DNA of 64,000 bases from Candidatus Heimdallarchaeota archaeon (GTDB lineage Archaea > Asgardarchaeota > Heimdallarchaeia > Heimdallarchaeales > Heimdallarchaeaceae). A program made the position numbers and the translations under genes. The notes beneath the pieces were generated by a model. It was not told where the DNA came from and ran no database searches. It saw nothing but the letters and a program-made list of their open reading frames with translations. Below are positions 10,324-19,347 of this stretch, in pieces. Every line of letters begins with the position of its first letter. Positions within the stretch are counted from its first letter, which is position 1. The DNA is taken from assembly GCA_019057815.1 (NCBI GenBank), contig JAHLWR010000004.1, positions 154,617 to 218,616 on the forward strand, given 5' to 3'.

Positions 10324-11640
10324 CTATTCTTCTATTTTTTTAATAAAAGTTGTAATTTCTTTTCTGCAAGAAGCTGGAAAGATAAGCAAATTATTGTACT
10401 TGGGTTTGGAAAGACTTGAAACAACATCTGAAACCTCAGACAACTGCTTTAATTGTCCATCTTTCATTTTAATTGTGATAGCATCTTTATTTGCTTCGTC
10501 ATAGGGTGTATAGTACCTGGAAACAAATCTATCAATATCCCAAAAAGTTTCAGGATAACCATATTTTGTTATGATAGCATTAACTTGAGATCTTTCATTG
10601 TCGATGATAGAAGCCATATTCTCTGTTAGTGGAATACTCTTGAAAAGAGATCTTCGCAGAAAATCTTTTGCTAGATGCTTGATATGATCTCCGTTCGTTT
10701 CTTTATCAGCAGAAAGTTGGAGTTGAGTGTAAAAAACATCATCTGTAAGAGGGATAAGAGTCTTCCAACTTGGTTCATCTGCAAAATCTTGAATGAAGGG
10801 AAGAATAGTAAGATTTTTTCCTAGTTCAATATTTTCCAATAACTGAGAGATGTAAAGCTTAAGCATGAATTCCCAGCATCGAACAGTCTTATGGAAATAA
10901 ACCCTTGTAAATTGCATATAACGTGCAATAATGACTTGCTCTGTTGACTGAATACCTTTTTCTTTAATAATAAGCATACCTTCGGGAGAAATATCCATCA
11001 TAGCAAAAAGTCTTTCGAGATTATACAATCCAAAAGATACACCAGTAGCTACAGAATCTCTCAATAAGTAGTCCAAAGAGTCAGCATCTAACTGTGAAGC
11101 GATTATTTGGTTTAAGAATGGTTTATCAACCCCACTCCTACCAATAATAAGATCAGAAATTCTTTTTTTATCATATCCCTCATAATGTAAAATCCGACTA
11201 ATCTCTGACTCCTCTGATAAAACAAATTGTTCAGTGATATTTTCATGTCTTCTAAAAGCAGAATATTTGTCTTCACAACTTTGAAGTTCAGATTTACTAC
11301 AAAGCATTTTAATAGCGTCTTCAAACATATGAGAAAACGGTCCATGACCAATGTCATGAATAAGTGCAGATATGAGGATACGTTCTTCAACGTCTTTTGA
11401 GACCAGCTCTGGTCGTTTCTTTTTCAGACTTGTAACAATTCTATTAGCAATATGAAAAGCTCCTAGACTGTGGATAAATCTGCTGTGAGTAGCTGAAGGG
11501 TAAGATATATGAACTCCCCCTAATTGTCCTAACCTTCTAAGTCTTTGGAAAGGAGCAGTATCAATAAGATCAACATATATTTTCTTAGGAATCTCTATGT
11601 ATTTATGAATCGAGTCTGCAATCGACTTGTAGACAGGCAT
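10324..11640 (-). CDS. HD-domain dNTP triphosphohydrolase-like protein (SAMHD1/YdhJ-like family)
   Basis: DSIHKYI, FQRLRRLGQLG, HSRFIHSLG, LIHDIGHGPFSH, LDADSLDYLLRD, VYFHKT. Confidence 0.92.
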   Translation of the reverse strand: MPVYKSIADSIHKYIEIPKKIYVDLIDTAPFQRLRRLGQLGGVHISYPSATHSRFIHSLGAFHIANRIVTSLKKKRPELVSKDVEERILISALIHDIGHGPFSHMFEDAIKMLCSKSELQSCEDKYSAFRRHENITEQFVLSEESEISRILHYEGYDKKRISDLIIGRSGVDKPFLNQIIASQLDADSLDYLLRDSVATGVSFGLYNLERLFAMMDISPEGMLIIKEKGIQSTEQVIIARYMQFTRVYFHKTVRCWEFMLKLYISQLLENIELGKNLTILPFIQDFADEPSWKTLIPLTDDVFYTQLQLSADKETNGDHIKHLAKDFLRRSLFKSIPLTENMASIIDNERSQVNAIITKYGYPETFWDIDRFVSRYYTPYDEANKDAITIKMKDGQLKQLSEVSDVVSSLSKPKYNNLLIFPASCRKEITTFIKKIEE

Positions 11641-11689
11641 AATCCTACATATAATAAGTCAATCATAATCTTTTTGACTCTTTTACTCA

Positions 11690-12253
11690 TTATTCAGAAG
11701 ATGATTCAGCTGTTAATGGATAAAGAGTTGAAAATTTGGTTCTTTTAACATCTTTTACTTCCTTCTTGCAGATAGGACACATTCCTTTAAGTTTAATCCA
11801 AGTCATGTAGTGATTATAATGGAAAATATTTCCACAATCCAAACAAACTGTGATTACATCTTTCCTTTCTATTGAGATTCCACAAATGTAGCATTTAGTA
11901 AGCTCTTTTCCACATTGGGAACACTCATTTGTGCCATGAGGATTTTGGTGAGTATAGTAAGGGTACTTAGGAAGCCATCTAATAACCTTTTTAGGTAATC
12001 TGGAGGTTTTATAAACATATAATCTCGCGCTTGAGACTTTATCCCCGATTTGTTCTCTATAATCGATTAGAGGTTTGATTAAAGCAATACAGCAAACAAG
12101 AGCTGATAGAGCTATTCGTATTTCGATGTCCAGGTCTTGTGTTAAAAAGAACAGTGCGATTCCCACATAAAAAAGGAGAAGGTAATTTTTGACAACTATA
12201 AATTTCAGAACATCCCATATAGTTTCAGCAATCCTTATTGTTATGTTTTTCAA
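11690..12253 (-). CDS. Membrane-anchored ZnF-RING protein (putative E3 ligase)
   Basis: Two N-terminal TMs; CSQC-x6-CYIC-x12-CLDC-x4-H-x2-H-x3-W-x6-CPIC. Start is uncertain: TTG at 12253 chosen, ORF is open to 12295. Confidence 0.8.
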   Translation of the reverse strand: MKNITIRIAETIWDVLKFIVVKNYLLLFYVGIALFFLTQDLDIEIRIALSALVCCIALIKPLIDYREQIGDKVSSARLYVYKTSRLPKKVIRWLPKYPYYTHQNPHGTNECSQCGKELTKCYICGISIERKDVITVCLDCGNIFHYNHYMTWIKLKGMCPICKKEVKDVKRTKFSTLYPLTAESSSE

Positions 12254-12730
12254 CCAATTAATTTTGAAAAAACTATATTGAAGACAGAAACCCATGTTAA
12301 AGAGTTATATCCTAAAAAGAAAATCGAAATTAAGAGATTAAATTTTAATCAAAATTTTATGTTAAAGGCTGATCTACTATTCGAACAACTGATGATAAAT
12401 CTTTTAACAAATGCTGTAAAGAGCGATGCTCGTGAAATCGTACGAATAGAAATTCAACTAGAGGAATGTGCAGAAGGAGAATGCATCATCTCTATTTCCG
12501 ATTATGGTTGTGGAATACCAGAAGAAGAGCGAGAAAGCATATTTGCTAGATACTCAGAATTCAGAAAAAGAGGGAAGGGATCAGGATTAGGATTGTTCAT
12601 TGTGAAAAATATAATAGACAGATATAACGGCAAAATCTGGGTAGAAAACAGGGTAAAAGAAGATTTCACTCAAGGTACTGTTTTCAAAATAAAATTAAAT
12701 GAATGGAAAAAAAAAGAACAGAAAAAATGA
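12251..12730 (+). pseudogene. 5'-truncated sensor histidine kinase (HATPase_c only)
   Basis: N box NLLTNAVK, G1 DYGCGIP, G2 GSGLGL, ENRV...GTVF. No HisKA H-box or sensor domain; the upstream space is taken by the divergent RING gene. Confidence 0.75.
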
Positions 12731-12787
12731 ATATCTGAACAAAATTGCTTAAATTATTAACCAAATATTCTTATTTTACTATTCATG

Positions 12788-14152
12788 TTATTTAGGAACT
12801 GTAAAACCAATAATTCTATAATCTATTTTTTTATCAAATTCCGTTGGATTATATATCCTTCTACCATCTACTACGCAAGGCTTTTTCATGTGTTTCTCAA
12901 AGAATTCAGGCTGTAAAGACTTGAATTCATCCCATTCAGCACATATTATCGCACAATCTGAGTCCTTGAGAACATCTTCAACTGATTCAACGAGTGTGAT
13001 ATTTGTTCCATCATCTTTAAAAGCTATTTCAGCTGATTCCTTGGATTTTGGGTCGTAACCTTTGACAATAGCTCCTTCTTTAGTAGCTTCTGATGCTATC
13101 CTTCTACTTGGAGCATAACGCATGTCATCTGTTCCAGGTTTGAATGCAAGTCCCAACAATGATAATGTTTTACCTTCTAGTGAACCTATCATCTCTTTAG
13201 CCAGAGTTATAGCGTGTAAAGCTGCTCTATCATTGACATCAACTATACCTTGGAGTATTTGAGGTTCAAGCCCTCTTTGACGAGCAAACGCCATAATGGC
13301 ATTAACGTCCTTAGGGAAACAGCTTCCTCCCCAACCTAGACCAGATCCTAGGAATCTGTGATTTATTCTATAATCCAGACCAACTCCTTTAGCTACCAAC
13401 CCTATATCAACACCAGGTACAAGTTCAGCTATTTTAGCTAATTCGTTAATAAAAGAGATTTTAGCAGCTAAGAAACAGTTATTACCATATTTCACTAATT
13501 CTGCACTTTCTATGTTCATTCTTAAAATTGGACATTTTTCTCCAATATGTTCACCATAGAAATCCTCATACAGTTCTTGTAAGACTGTTCCGCTCTGTTC
13601 ATCGTATTCTCCAATAATAATCCTATCGGGCCAAAAAGTATCTTCAATGGATCTTCCTTCAGCGAGAAATTCAGGTTGCATGCAAAGTCCTATATTCTTT
13701 CCAATTTCCTTCCCTGAGTTTTCAGTTAGAGCTTTTCCTACCATGTTCCTTGATGTTCCAGGAACAACTGTAGATCTAACTACAACAAGATGATAATTAT
13801 CTTTCTTTGTTAAAGCTTTACCAATATCCTCTCCAGCTTGTCGCATATAATCCAAATTGATCGATTTGTCAACATGATTGAAAGGTGTGCCAACTATTAT
13901 TAAACTGATATCAGATTTCATTACAGCTTCTTCTCTGCTAGTTGTGCAAACCAAATTACCAGCTTTTACAACTTTCTCAAGTAGTTCGTTTAAACCTTGT
14001 TCATAGAATGGTGCAATACCTTTGTTAATTAATTCAGCATTCTTGACGTTTCGAGTGCTGCAGATGGTCTTTATACCTCTATCAGCGAAACAAACAGCAG
14101 TCACCAAACCTACAAAACCTGTTCCAATAATAGAAACTCTAGCTTCTTCCAT
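12788..14152 (-). CDS. ugd: UDP-glucose/GDP-mannose dehydrogenase family protein
   Basis: GTGFVG Rossmann motif, RSTVVPG, PEFLAEG, GWGGSCFPKD catalytic Cys, GLAFKPGTDD. Confidence 0.95.
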   Translation of the reverse strand: MEEARVSIIGTGFVGLVTAVCFADRGIKTICSTRNVKNAELINKGIAPFYEQGLNELLEKVVKAGNLVCTTSREEAVMKSDISLIIVGTPFNHVDKSINLDYMRQAGEDIGKALTKKDNYHLVVVRSTVVPGTSRNMVGKALTENSGKEIGKNIGLCMQPEFLAEGRSIEDTFWPDRIIIGEYDEQSGTVLQELYEDFYGEHIGEKCPILRMNIESAELVKYGNNCFLAAKISFINELAKIAELVPGVDIGLVAKGVGLDYRINHRFLGSGLGWGGSCFPKDVNAIMAFARQRGLEPQILQGIVDVNDRAALHAITLAKEMIGSLEGKTLSLLGLAFKPGTDDMRYAPSRRIASEATKEGAIVKGYDPKSKESAEIAFKDDGTNITLVESVEDVLKDSDCAIICAEWDEFKSLQPEFFEKHMKKPCVVDGRRIYNPTEFDKKIDYRIIGFTVPK

Positions 14153-14205
14153 AGCTTCAATATTTTTATAAGTGTTTAAAAATTAATCTATCGGCATTTA
14201 TGTTT

Positions 14206-16356
14206 CTAGTATTTGAGTGTAATAGTCTGGAAATAACTGGGGATTGAGATATCTTGGTGTTCTTTCCTAACCACTGTATCCTTGGGAGTATGTACCATTA
14301 TCTTCTTTCCGCTTAAATTTTCAATATATTCATCTAAAAGAGGAGCTGAAGTATGACCACTTATTTGAGCAGTGTAGATGTTTTGCTGATAAAGTTGCGA
14401 TGAGATTGGGTTAGATGTTCTTAGGGCATATCCTAAAGTATTTGGAGCTTGATACCCACAGAGCAAAACACCTGTTTCAGAATCTTCTCTTGTTGCTTCC
14501 AATAAACGACGGGCTGTACCACCTTGTAACATTCCATTGCCTGCAATTATGATATCTCCTTCTTCAAAATCTTCAGGGTGTAATGTTTTTGCAGTTGAAT
14601 AATCAGCTTTGACTCCCATTAGTTTAGTGATATCAGCAGACATACCTACAACTTTTACTTTATGTTTTTTTGTAACTCGCAATCTTTCTAATCTCTTTAA
14701 CATTTCTTGTGATCTACCAATAGAAAAAGCTGGAATAATCAATCTCTTCGATTCTTCAACAGCTTGAAGGATAGAAACATTAGGATCTTGAGCGTTAATC
14801 TCTCTATTGTAGTAAGTACCGTCGAAAATGGTCAGATCACAATCACTTGGAAATCTTGCTCCTTGGAAAAGCTCATTTCCATCTAGAGAGAAATCTCCGG
14901 TAAAGAAGATTCTTTTACCAAAAATATCTATATCAAAACCAAAACTGCCAAAAATGTGAGCTGCAGGATAAGGTGTGATTTCAAATCCTGGGCTAATTTC
15001 AATTGATTCTTTAGCTTTAATTTGATGAAAGACGTTAAACAAATTAACTAAATTTGATTCTTGCAAAAATGAACGATTGAGAGCGGTTAATTGGTTATCA
15101 GGTATATTGCTACCTTTGATTATCGAGGTAGTATTATAGAGAAGTTTACTCGTAAGAAGCTTTGTTGACTCACTAGCATACCAGTTTTTACCATTTTCAG
15201 AAGAAATAAAATAAGGTAAACAACCTGTGTGGTCCAAATGAGCGTGCGAAACTAGAACTGTTGAAACAAATCTCAAAGCGGGATGCCATCGAGGAATAGA
15301 ATAATTAGCTACACTAAAACCGCAATCAAGTAAAATAGCGTTGTTATTATGCTGGATTACAATACCCATATTACCTATCCCACCACCACCTAGAAAAGTT
15401 ATTTTTATTTTCTGAGCTTGTTTAGGTGAAGAATAAGCAAGTATAACAGCAAATTTTTGTACCATTTCTTTAGGATATTTCATCATTTCTTCTATATTTA
15501 CAGATTTAGCTTCGATTTTACTTAAATGAGGTTGAAAAACAGGATCTACTTGCATAGGAACAGGAGGATGACCTTCAGATTCAAACAGTAATTCGATTTC
15601 TTTTTCCAATTGTGCAATAGTTGTTTTTTCTTCCTGTACATGTTTTTTTGCGATGGTTTTTGCAGTGTTGTAAGATAAATCTGAAAGAGTATTGAAATCT
15701 ACAAAGAAGTCCAAATAGTTCAATACTGTGGAAGAAACGCTATCAGCAAGCTCTTCAATGTATTGATGTCTAGTGAGAAGATTTTTACTTGTTCTTTCAA
15801 TATTTATACATAATTCCTCCTCACTTCTATCCAAAATGGTATTGAATTTTAATTCAGAACAATATTCACTAAAATCGCTGTAAAAGATCGGTTTGAAACC
15901 TATTTCTCTAGAGAAATGCAGATAGCTGAGATAACTGATTTTTTGGGGCTTTTTACCAGAATTTACCAGAATTTCATTTATCCAAAAGAATACTATCAAA
16001 TCTTTGTGAGAGATTTTCTCTTCCTTAAACAAATTCTGCAAAACAGCACGATAAGTCTCAAAATTGAGTAAGTCTTTAAAATGCAAACCTGCGAGATAAG
16101 CAGGAATTAAATCCGAATATTCACTGTCTTTTTCGTTCCAAGAGAGTTTGAAAGTATTAATAATATCTTGATTATCACATAAGTAATAACTATCGGAGCT
16201 CTTTGTTTTGTAGTTATTTATCTCATTGATTATGTCTAAATAAATAACGTCAGTTTTTTTGCTGTCTATTCGAATATTCTCCTTTTCTTGTAATAATATA
16301 TCTGTAAAATCTAAGATGTTTGTCATGATTATCCACATTAAATGATATTGGAACAA
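14206..16356 (-). CDS. Metallo-beta-lactamase/beta-CASP ribonuclease with ~310-aa N-terminal extension
   Basis: LLDCG, SHAHLDH, AHIFG, FTGDF, DGTY, IPAFSIGRSQE, GYQA, SGH, VH. Probable start is near 16326. Confidence 0.9.
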   Translation of the reverse strand: MFQYHLMWIIMTNILDFTDILLQEKENIRIDSKKTDVIYLDIINEINNYKTKSSDSYYLCDNQDIINTFKLSWNEKDSEYSDLIPAYLAGLHFKDLLNFETYRAVLQNLFKEEKISHKDLIVFFWINEILVNSGKKPQKISYLSYLHFSREIGFKPIFYSDFSEYCSELKFNTILDRSEEELCINIERTSKNLLTRHQYIEELADSVSSTVLNYLDFFVDFNTLSDLSYNTAKTIAKKHVQEEKTTIAQLEKEIELLFESEGHPPVPMQVDPVFQPHLSKIEAKSVNIEEMMKYPKEMVQKFAVILAYSSPKQAQKIKITFLGGGGIGNMGIVIQHNNNAILLDCGFSVANYSIPRWHPALRFVSTVLVSHAHLDHTGCLPYFISSENGKNWYASESTKLLTSKLLYNTTSIIKGSNIPDNQLTALNRSFLQESNLVNLFNVFHQIKAKESIEISPGFEITPYPAAHIFGSFGFDIDIFGKRIFFTGDFSLDGNELFQGARFPSDCDLTIFDGTYYNREINAQDPNVSILQAVEESKRLIIPAFSIGRSQEMLKRLERLRVTKKHKVKVVGMSADITKLMGVKADYSTAKTLHPEDFEEGDIIIAGNGMLQGGTARRLLEATREDSETGVLLCGYQAPNTLGYALRTSNPISSQLYQQNIYTAQISGHTSAPLLDEYIENLSGKKIMVHTPKDTVVRKEHQDISIPSYFQTITLKY

Positions 16357-16365
16357 TGTTAATTT

Positions 16366-16400
16366 GATGAACTACTCCCAACTAAAGGAAGGATACTTCT
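16366..16400 (-). mobile_element. Degenerate IS200/IS605 right-end relic
   Basis: Minus strand reads agaagtatccttcctttagttgggagtagttcatc, resembling the GAAGCCCC..TTTAG..GGGGTAGTTCAC IS605 ends. Confidence 0.55.
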
Positions 16401-16457
16401 GTGATGTTCAGCTAAATCTAGTGCTTGTAATTGAAAAAAGTGAGGAGAAAATTCAAT

Positions 16458-17327
16458 TTATTCCTCTTCGTCTTCTCTTGTATCGCTTTCTAATAATCCA
16501 CTGAAAGCATCACGAAGTTCGCTTTGAAGAGCTTCTTTCATTTGTGTTGTAGATCTTTGAGGAGCTGTGGGAGCGACAGGTGCAGGTTCAAATGGAGAAT
16601 CATCATCCATTTTATCAGACCTTGCTTGTAATTTCTGTTTTAATTCAGATTGGTAACCAAAAGGTGAAGCACCTGCACCACTTTCTAAAGCTTCCTTGTT
16701 TTGCGCTGCTTGTCGTTCTTTTTTATGTTCTTCAGGATCAATTTTAGTAAGACCCTCTATTGCGCCAGTAATCATGGAAGATGATGGACCACCCATTGGG
16801 TCTGTAGGAGCTGGACCTGCTGATTCACCCGGACCTCCTGGACCTGCTGATTCACCCGGACCTCCTGGACCTGCTGATTCACCCGGACCTCCTGGACCTG
16901 CTGGTCTTTCTGAAGGAGGAGCTTTTGATAAGGAACCTGCCATATTAGCTATCTCACTTGCAAATCCTGATCCAGCTAAAGGATTTCCACCTTGCGGAGG
17001 ATCACTTGAGGGACTTGGAGTTGAGGGTGCGGCAGATAAATTTGGTGCTCCGATGGAATCACCAGGAGGAGCTGCAGCAGATAAATTTGGTGCTGCTGCT
17101 GAAGGAGGAGCACCACTTGAAACAGAAGGACTTGCCATTGGTCTTCCACCTTCAAGAGCTAAAATTCTATTCTCTAATGAAGCTAAAGCATCTTCCATTC
17201 TTTCAGTAGACTTAACCATAATGGAACCTATGCTTTCAATTAACTTTGTAACTTTCAAGATAGCTTTTTTTGAGGATGCAGAACTTCCAGATGAAAGTAA
17301 GCCATCTAGATAATCATCAAGTGACAT
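16458..17327 (-). CDS. Pro/Gly-rich protein with N-terminal coiled coil, WH2-like motifs and acidic tail (candidate actin regulator)
   Basis: ATG start; coiled coil at aa22-60; motifs GFASEIANMAGSLSKA, SMITGAIEGLTKI, YQSELKQKLQAR; tail EDEEE. The CDS is confident, the function is inferred. Confidence 0.8.
   Translation of the reverse strand: MSLDDYLDGLLSSGSSASSKKAILKVTKLIESIGSIMVKSTERMEDALASLENRILALEGGRPMASPSVSSGAPPSAAAPNLSAAAPPGDSIGAPNLSAAPSTPSPSSDPPQGGNPLAGSGFASEIANMAGSLSKAPPSERPAGPGGPGESAGPGGPGESAGPGGPGESAGPAPTDPMGGPSSSMITGAIEGLTKIDPEEHKKERQAAQNKEALESGAGASPFGYQSELKQKLQARSDKMDDDSPFEPAPVAPTAPQRSTTQMKEALQSELRDAFSGLLESDTREDEEE
16811..16903. repeat. Perfect 27-bp tandem repeat, ~3.4 copies (encodes AGPGGPGES)
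   Basis: ctggacctgctgattcacccggacctc at 16811, 16838 and 16865, plus a partial copy at 16892. Confidence 0.97.
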
Positions 17328-17442
17328 TATATCAAGATAACTCTAGAAAGGAAATATAAAAAGTCTATGATTATGTTAGACTTCTACCAAAGGTTTAGTT
17401 AAAAGACTAAAGCAAGTTTTAACAAAAAGTTTCGATGGATAT

Positions 17443-18465
17443 TCAACCAAAAATTTCTGATAATATTTCAATCACTCTTCCTATGTCCTCTATTGTGATT
17501 CCATAATAAGTAACAAACCTTAGAAGATTATCACCCATTAAAGTTGCTAAAGCACCCTTATTTGATAGTTTTTTAATTGCTGTGTTAGCATTGAAGGAGG
17601 AATTGGAAGTATCAACGATTACAATATTTGTATCAGTGGGTTTAATTTTGAGTTCTGGAAATTGTAGTAAACATTTTTCTAACATCTTAGCAAGTTTATG
17701 ATCCTCAGAAAGACGGTCAATCATATTGTTAAGGGCATAAATTCCAGGAGCAGCAATGATACCAGCTTGTCTCATTCCCCCGCCTAGAACTTTTCTGTTC
17801 TTTCTAGCTTTGTGAATGAATTCTTCCGTTCCAACAACTACAGAACCAACAGGGCACCCCAGTCCTTTACTCAAACAGATTTGAACACTATCAACGTTTT
17901 CAACTATTTTTGATGCAGGAAGACCAGTAGCTACTGAAGCATTAAAAATTCGTGCACCATCCATATGAACAGATGCACCATTATCATGAGCTATCTGAGA
18001 TAAAGTATCAATATTCTGCTTAGGGATAATCTTCCCTCCTCCCCTGTTGTGAGTGTTCTCTAGACATAATAGCTTTGGTTCTACCCAGTGAACATTGTAA
18101 TCTCTCGTGAATAAAGATTCTACGTCTTGTGGGTCCATTAATCCATCTTCCCCTTCAATAAGATAAGGATAAGCTCCGACTATTTGACCTATCCCCCCAA
18201 CTTCGTACATGTAGATGTGACACTCAGATTCCAGTACTAATCCCTCTCCTCTATTGAGATGAGTCATTTCAGAAACAAGATTTCCTTGAGTTCCACTCGA
18301 AACAAGCAATCCTGCTTCTTTTCCTAAAATCTTAGCTGTTAAAGCTTCTAACTCAATAACAGTAGGGTCTTCCCCCCAAACGTCATCTCCTAATTTTGCA
18401 CTAATTATTGTATCCATCATTTCTTTTGAAGGTAATGAAAAGGTATCAGAACGAAGATCAATCAT
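17443..18465 (-). CDS. ltaE: Low-specificity L-threonine aldolase
   Basis: IDLRSDT, GDDVWGEDPT, SGTQGN, LENTHN, HMDGARIFNA, CLSKGLG (PLP Lys), GGGMRQAG. Confidence 0.96.
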   Translation of the reverse strand: MIDLRSDTFSLPSKEMMDTIISAKLGDDVWGEDPTVIELEALTAKILGKEAGLLVSSGTQGNLVSEMTHLNRGEGLVLESECHIYMYEVGGIGQIVGAYPYLIEGEDGLMDPQDVESLFTRDYNVHWVEPKLLCLENTHNRGGGKIIPKQNIDTLSQIAHDNGASVHMDGARIFNASVATGLPASKIVENVDSVQICLSKGLGCPVGSVVVGTEEFIHKARKNRKVLGGGMRQAGIIAAPGIYALNNMIDRLSEDHKLAKMLEKCLLQFPELKIKPTDTNIVIVDTSNSSFNANTAIKKLSNKGALATLMGDNLLRFVTYYGITIEDIGRVIEILSEIFG

Positions 18466-18546
18466 AAGAGAGAGAGAAATAAAAATGTTTTAAGTTTAAC
18501 TGATGCCAACTATATTATTTGGAAAATAGTTATTATTGAGAAAATC

Positions 18547-19320
18547 TTGTTGTGGTTAATGACTAAACTGTATACAAAATATGCCAAAATCTATCATGAG
18601 ATGTATCAATCTATTTTTGATTATGAAGAAGATTTCAAGTTGTTTCATAAGATATTAGAGAAATCAAACTGTAAGAAAATACTGGAATTGGGGTGTGGGA
18701 GTGGTAATTTAGCTCCTTATTTCACAAAGGCTGGTTATGATTATACTGGTTTAGATATTGCAGAGGAAATGTTGGACATTGCCAAAAAACTAAATCCTAA
18801 AACCTCTTTCGTCTATGGAGATATGAGAAATTTAGATCTAAGAGAATCCTATGAAGCGATTATTATAACAGGACGATCTTTTTGTTACATGACAACAAAT
18901 GATGATGTTATGAGAGCTCTATCGTCAATTAATCAAGCTTTAGCTGAAAATGGATGGCTAATTTTCGATAACTTTAATGCTAATATTATTTTTTTAGATT
19001 TCCAAGAAAAAATGTTCCACGAAAGTAGATATGGAAATCGCTACTACAAAAGAACGAGCAATACAAGAATGACATTAGAGCATGGTTGGACATGGGATTG
19101 GCATGCCATTTATGAAGTAGAGGAAGATGGAAAAAAGGAAACTTTTGAGGATAATACAATTCTAAGAGCCTTTACTGAGGATGAGTTGGGATTATATCTT
19201 AAAATGAATGGTTTCAAAATTGGAGAAGTAATACGAGAGGATCCAGGAATAGTGATTGTTGCTCAAAAATCAGAAATAAAGCAAACAGTAGCAAGAAAAC
19301 AATATTTTCGCTTACGTTGA
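18547..19320 (+). CDS. Class I SAM-dependent methyltransferase
   Basis: ILELGCGSG, GLD, GDMR. Likely start is the ATG at 18559. Confidence 0.92.
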   Translation: MLWLMTKLYTKYAKIYHEMYQSIFDYEEDFKLFHKILEKSNCKKILELGCGSGNLAPYFTKAGYDYTGLDIAEEMLDIAKKLNPKTSFVYGDMRNLDLRESYEAIIITGRSFCYMTTNDDVMRALSSINQALAENGWLIFDNFNANIIFLDFQEKMFHESRYGNRYYKRTSNTRMTLEHGWTWDWHAIYEVEEDGKKETFEDNTILRAFTEDELGLYLKMNGFKIGEVIREDPGIVIVAQKSEIKQTVARKQYFRLR

Positions 19321-19347
19321 AATAAGTAGATAAAAAGAAGTAAAAAG

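Noticed and set aside
16696-17313. 205-aa plus-strand ORF with collagen-like GPPGPA repeats
   Set aside because: Antisense shadow of the 16458-17327 gene; TTG start, and it stays open only because of the GC-rich Pro/Gly codons.
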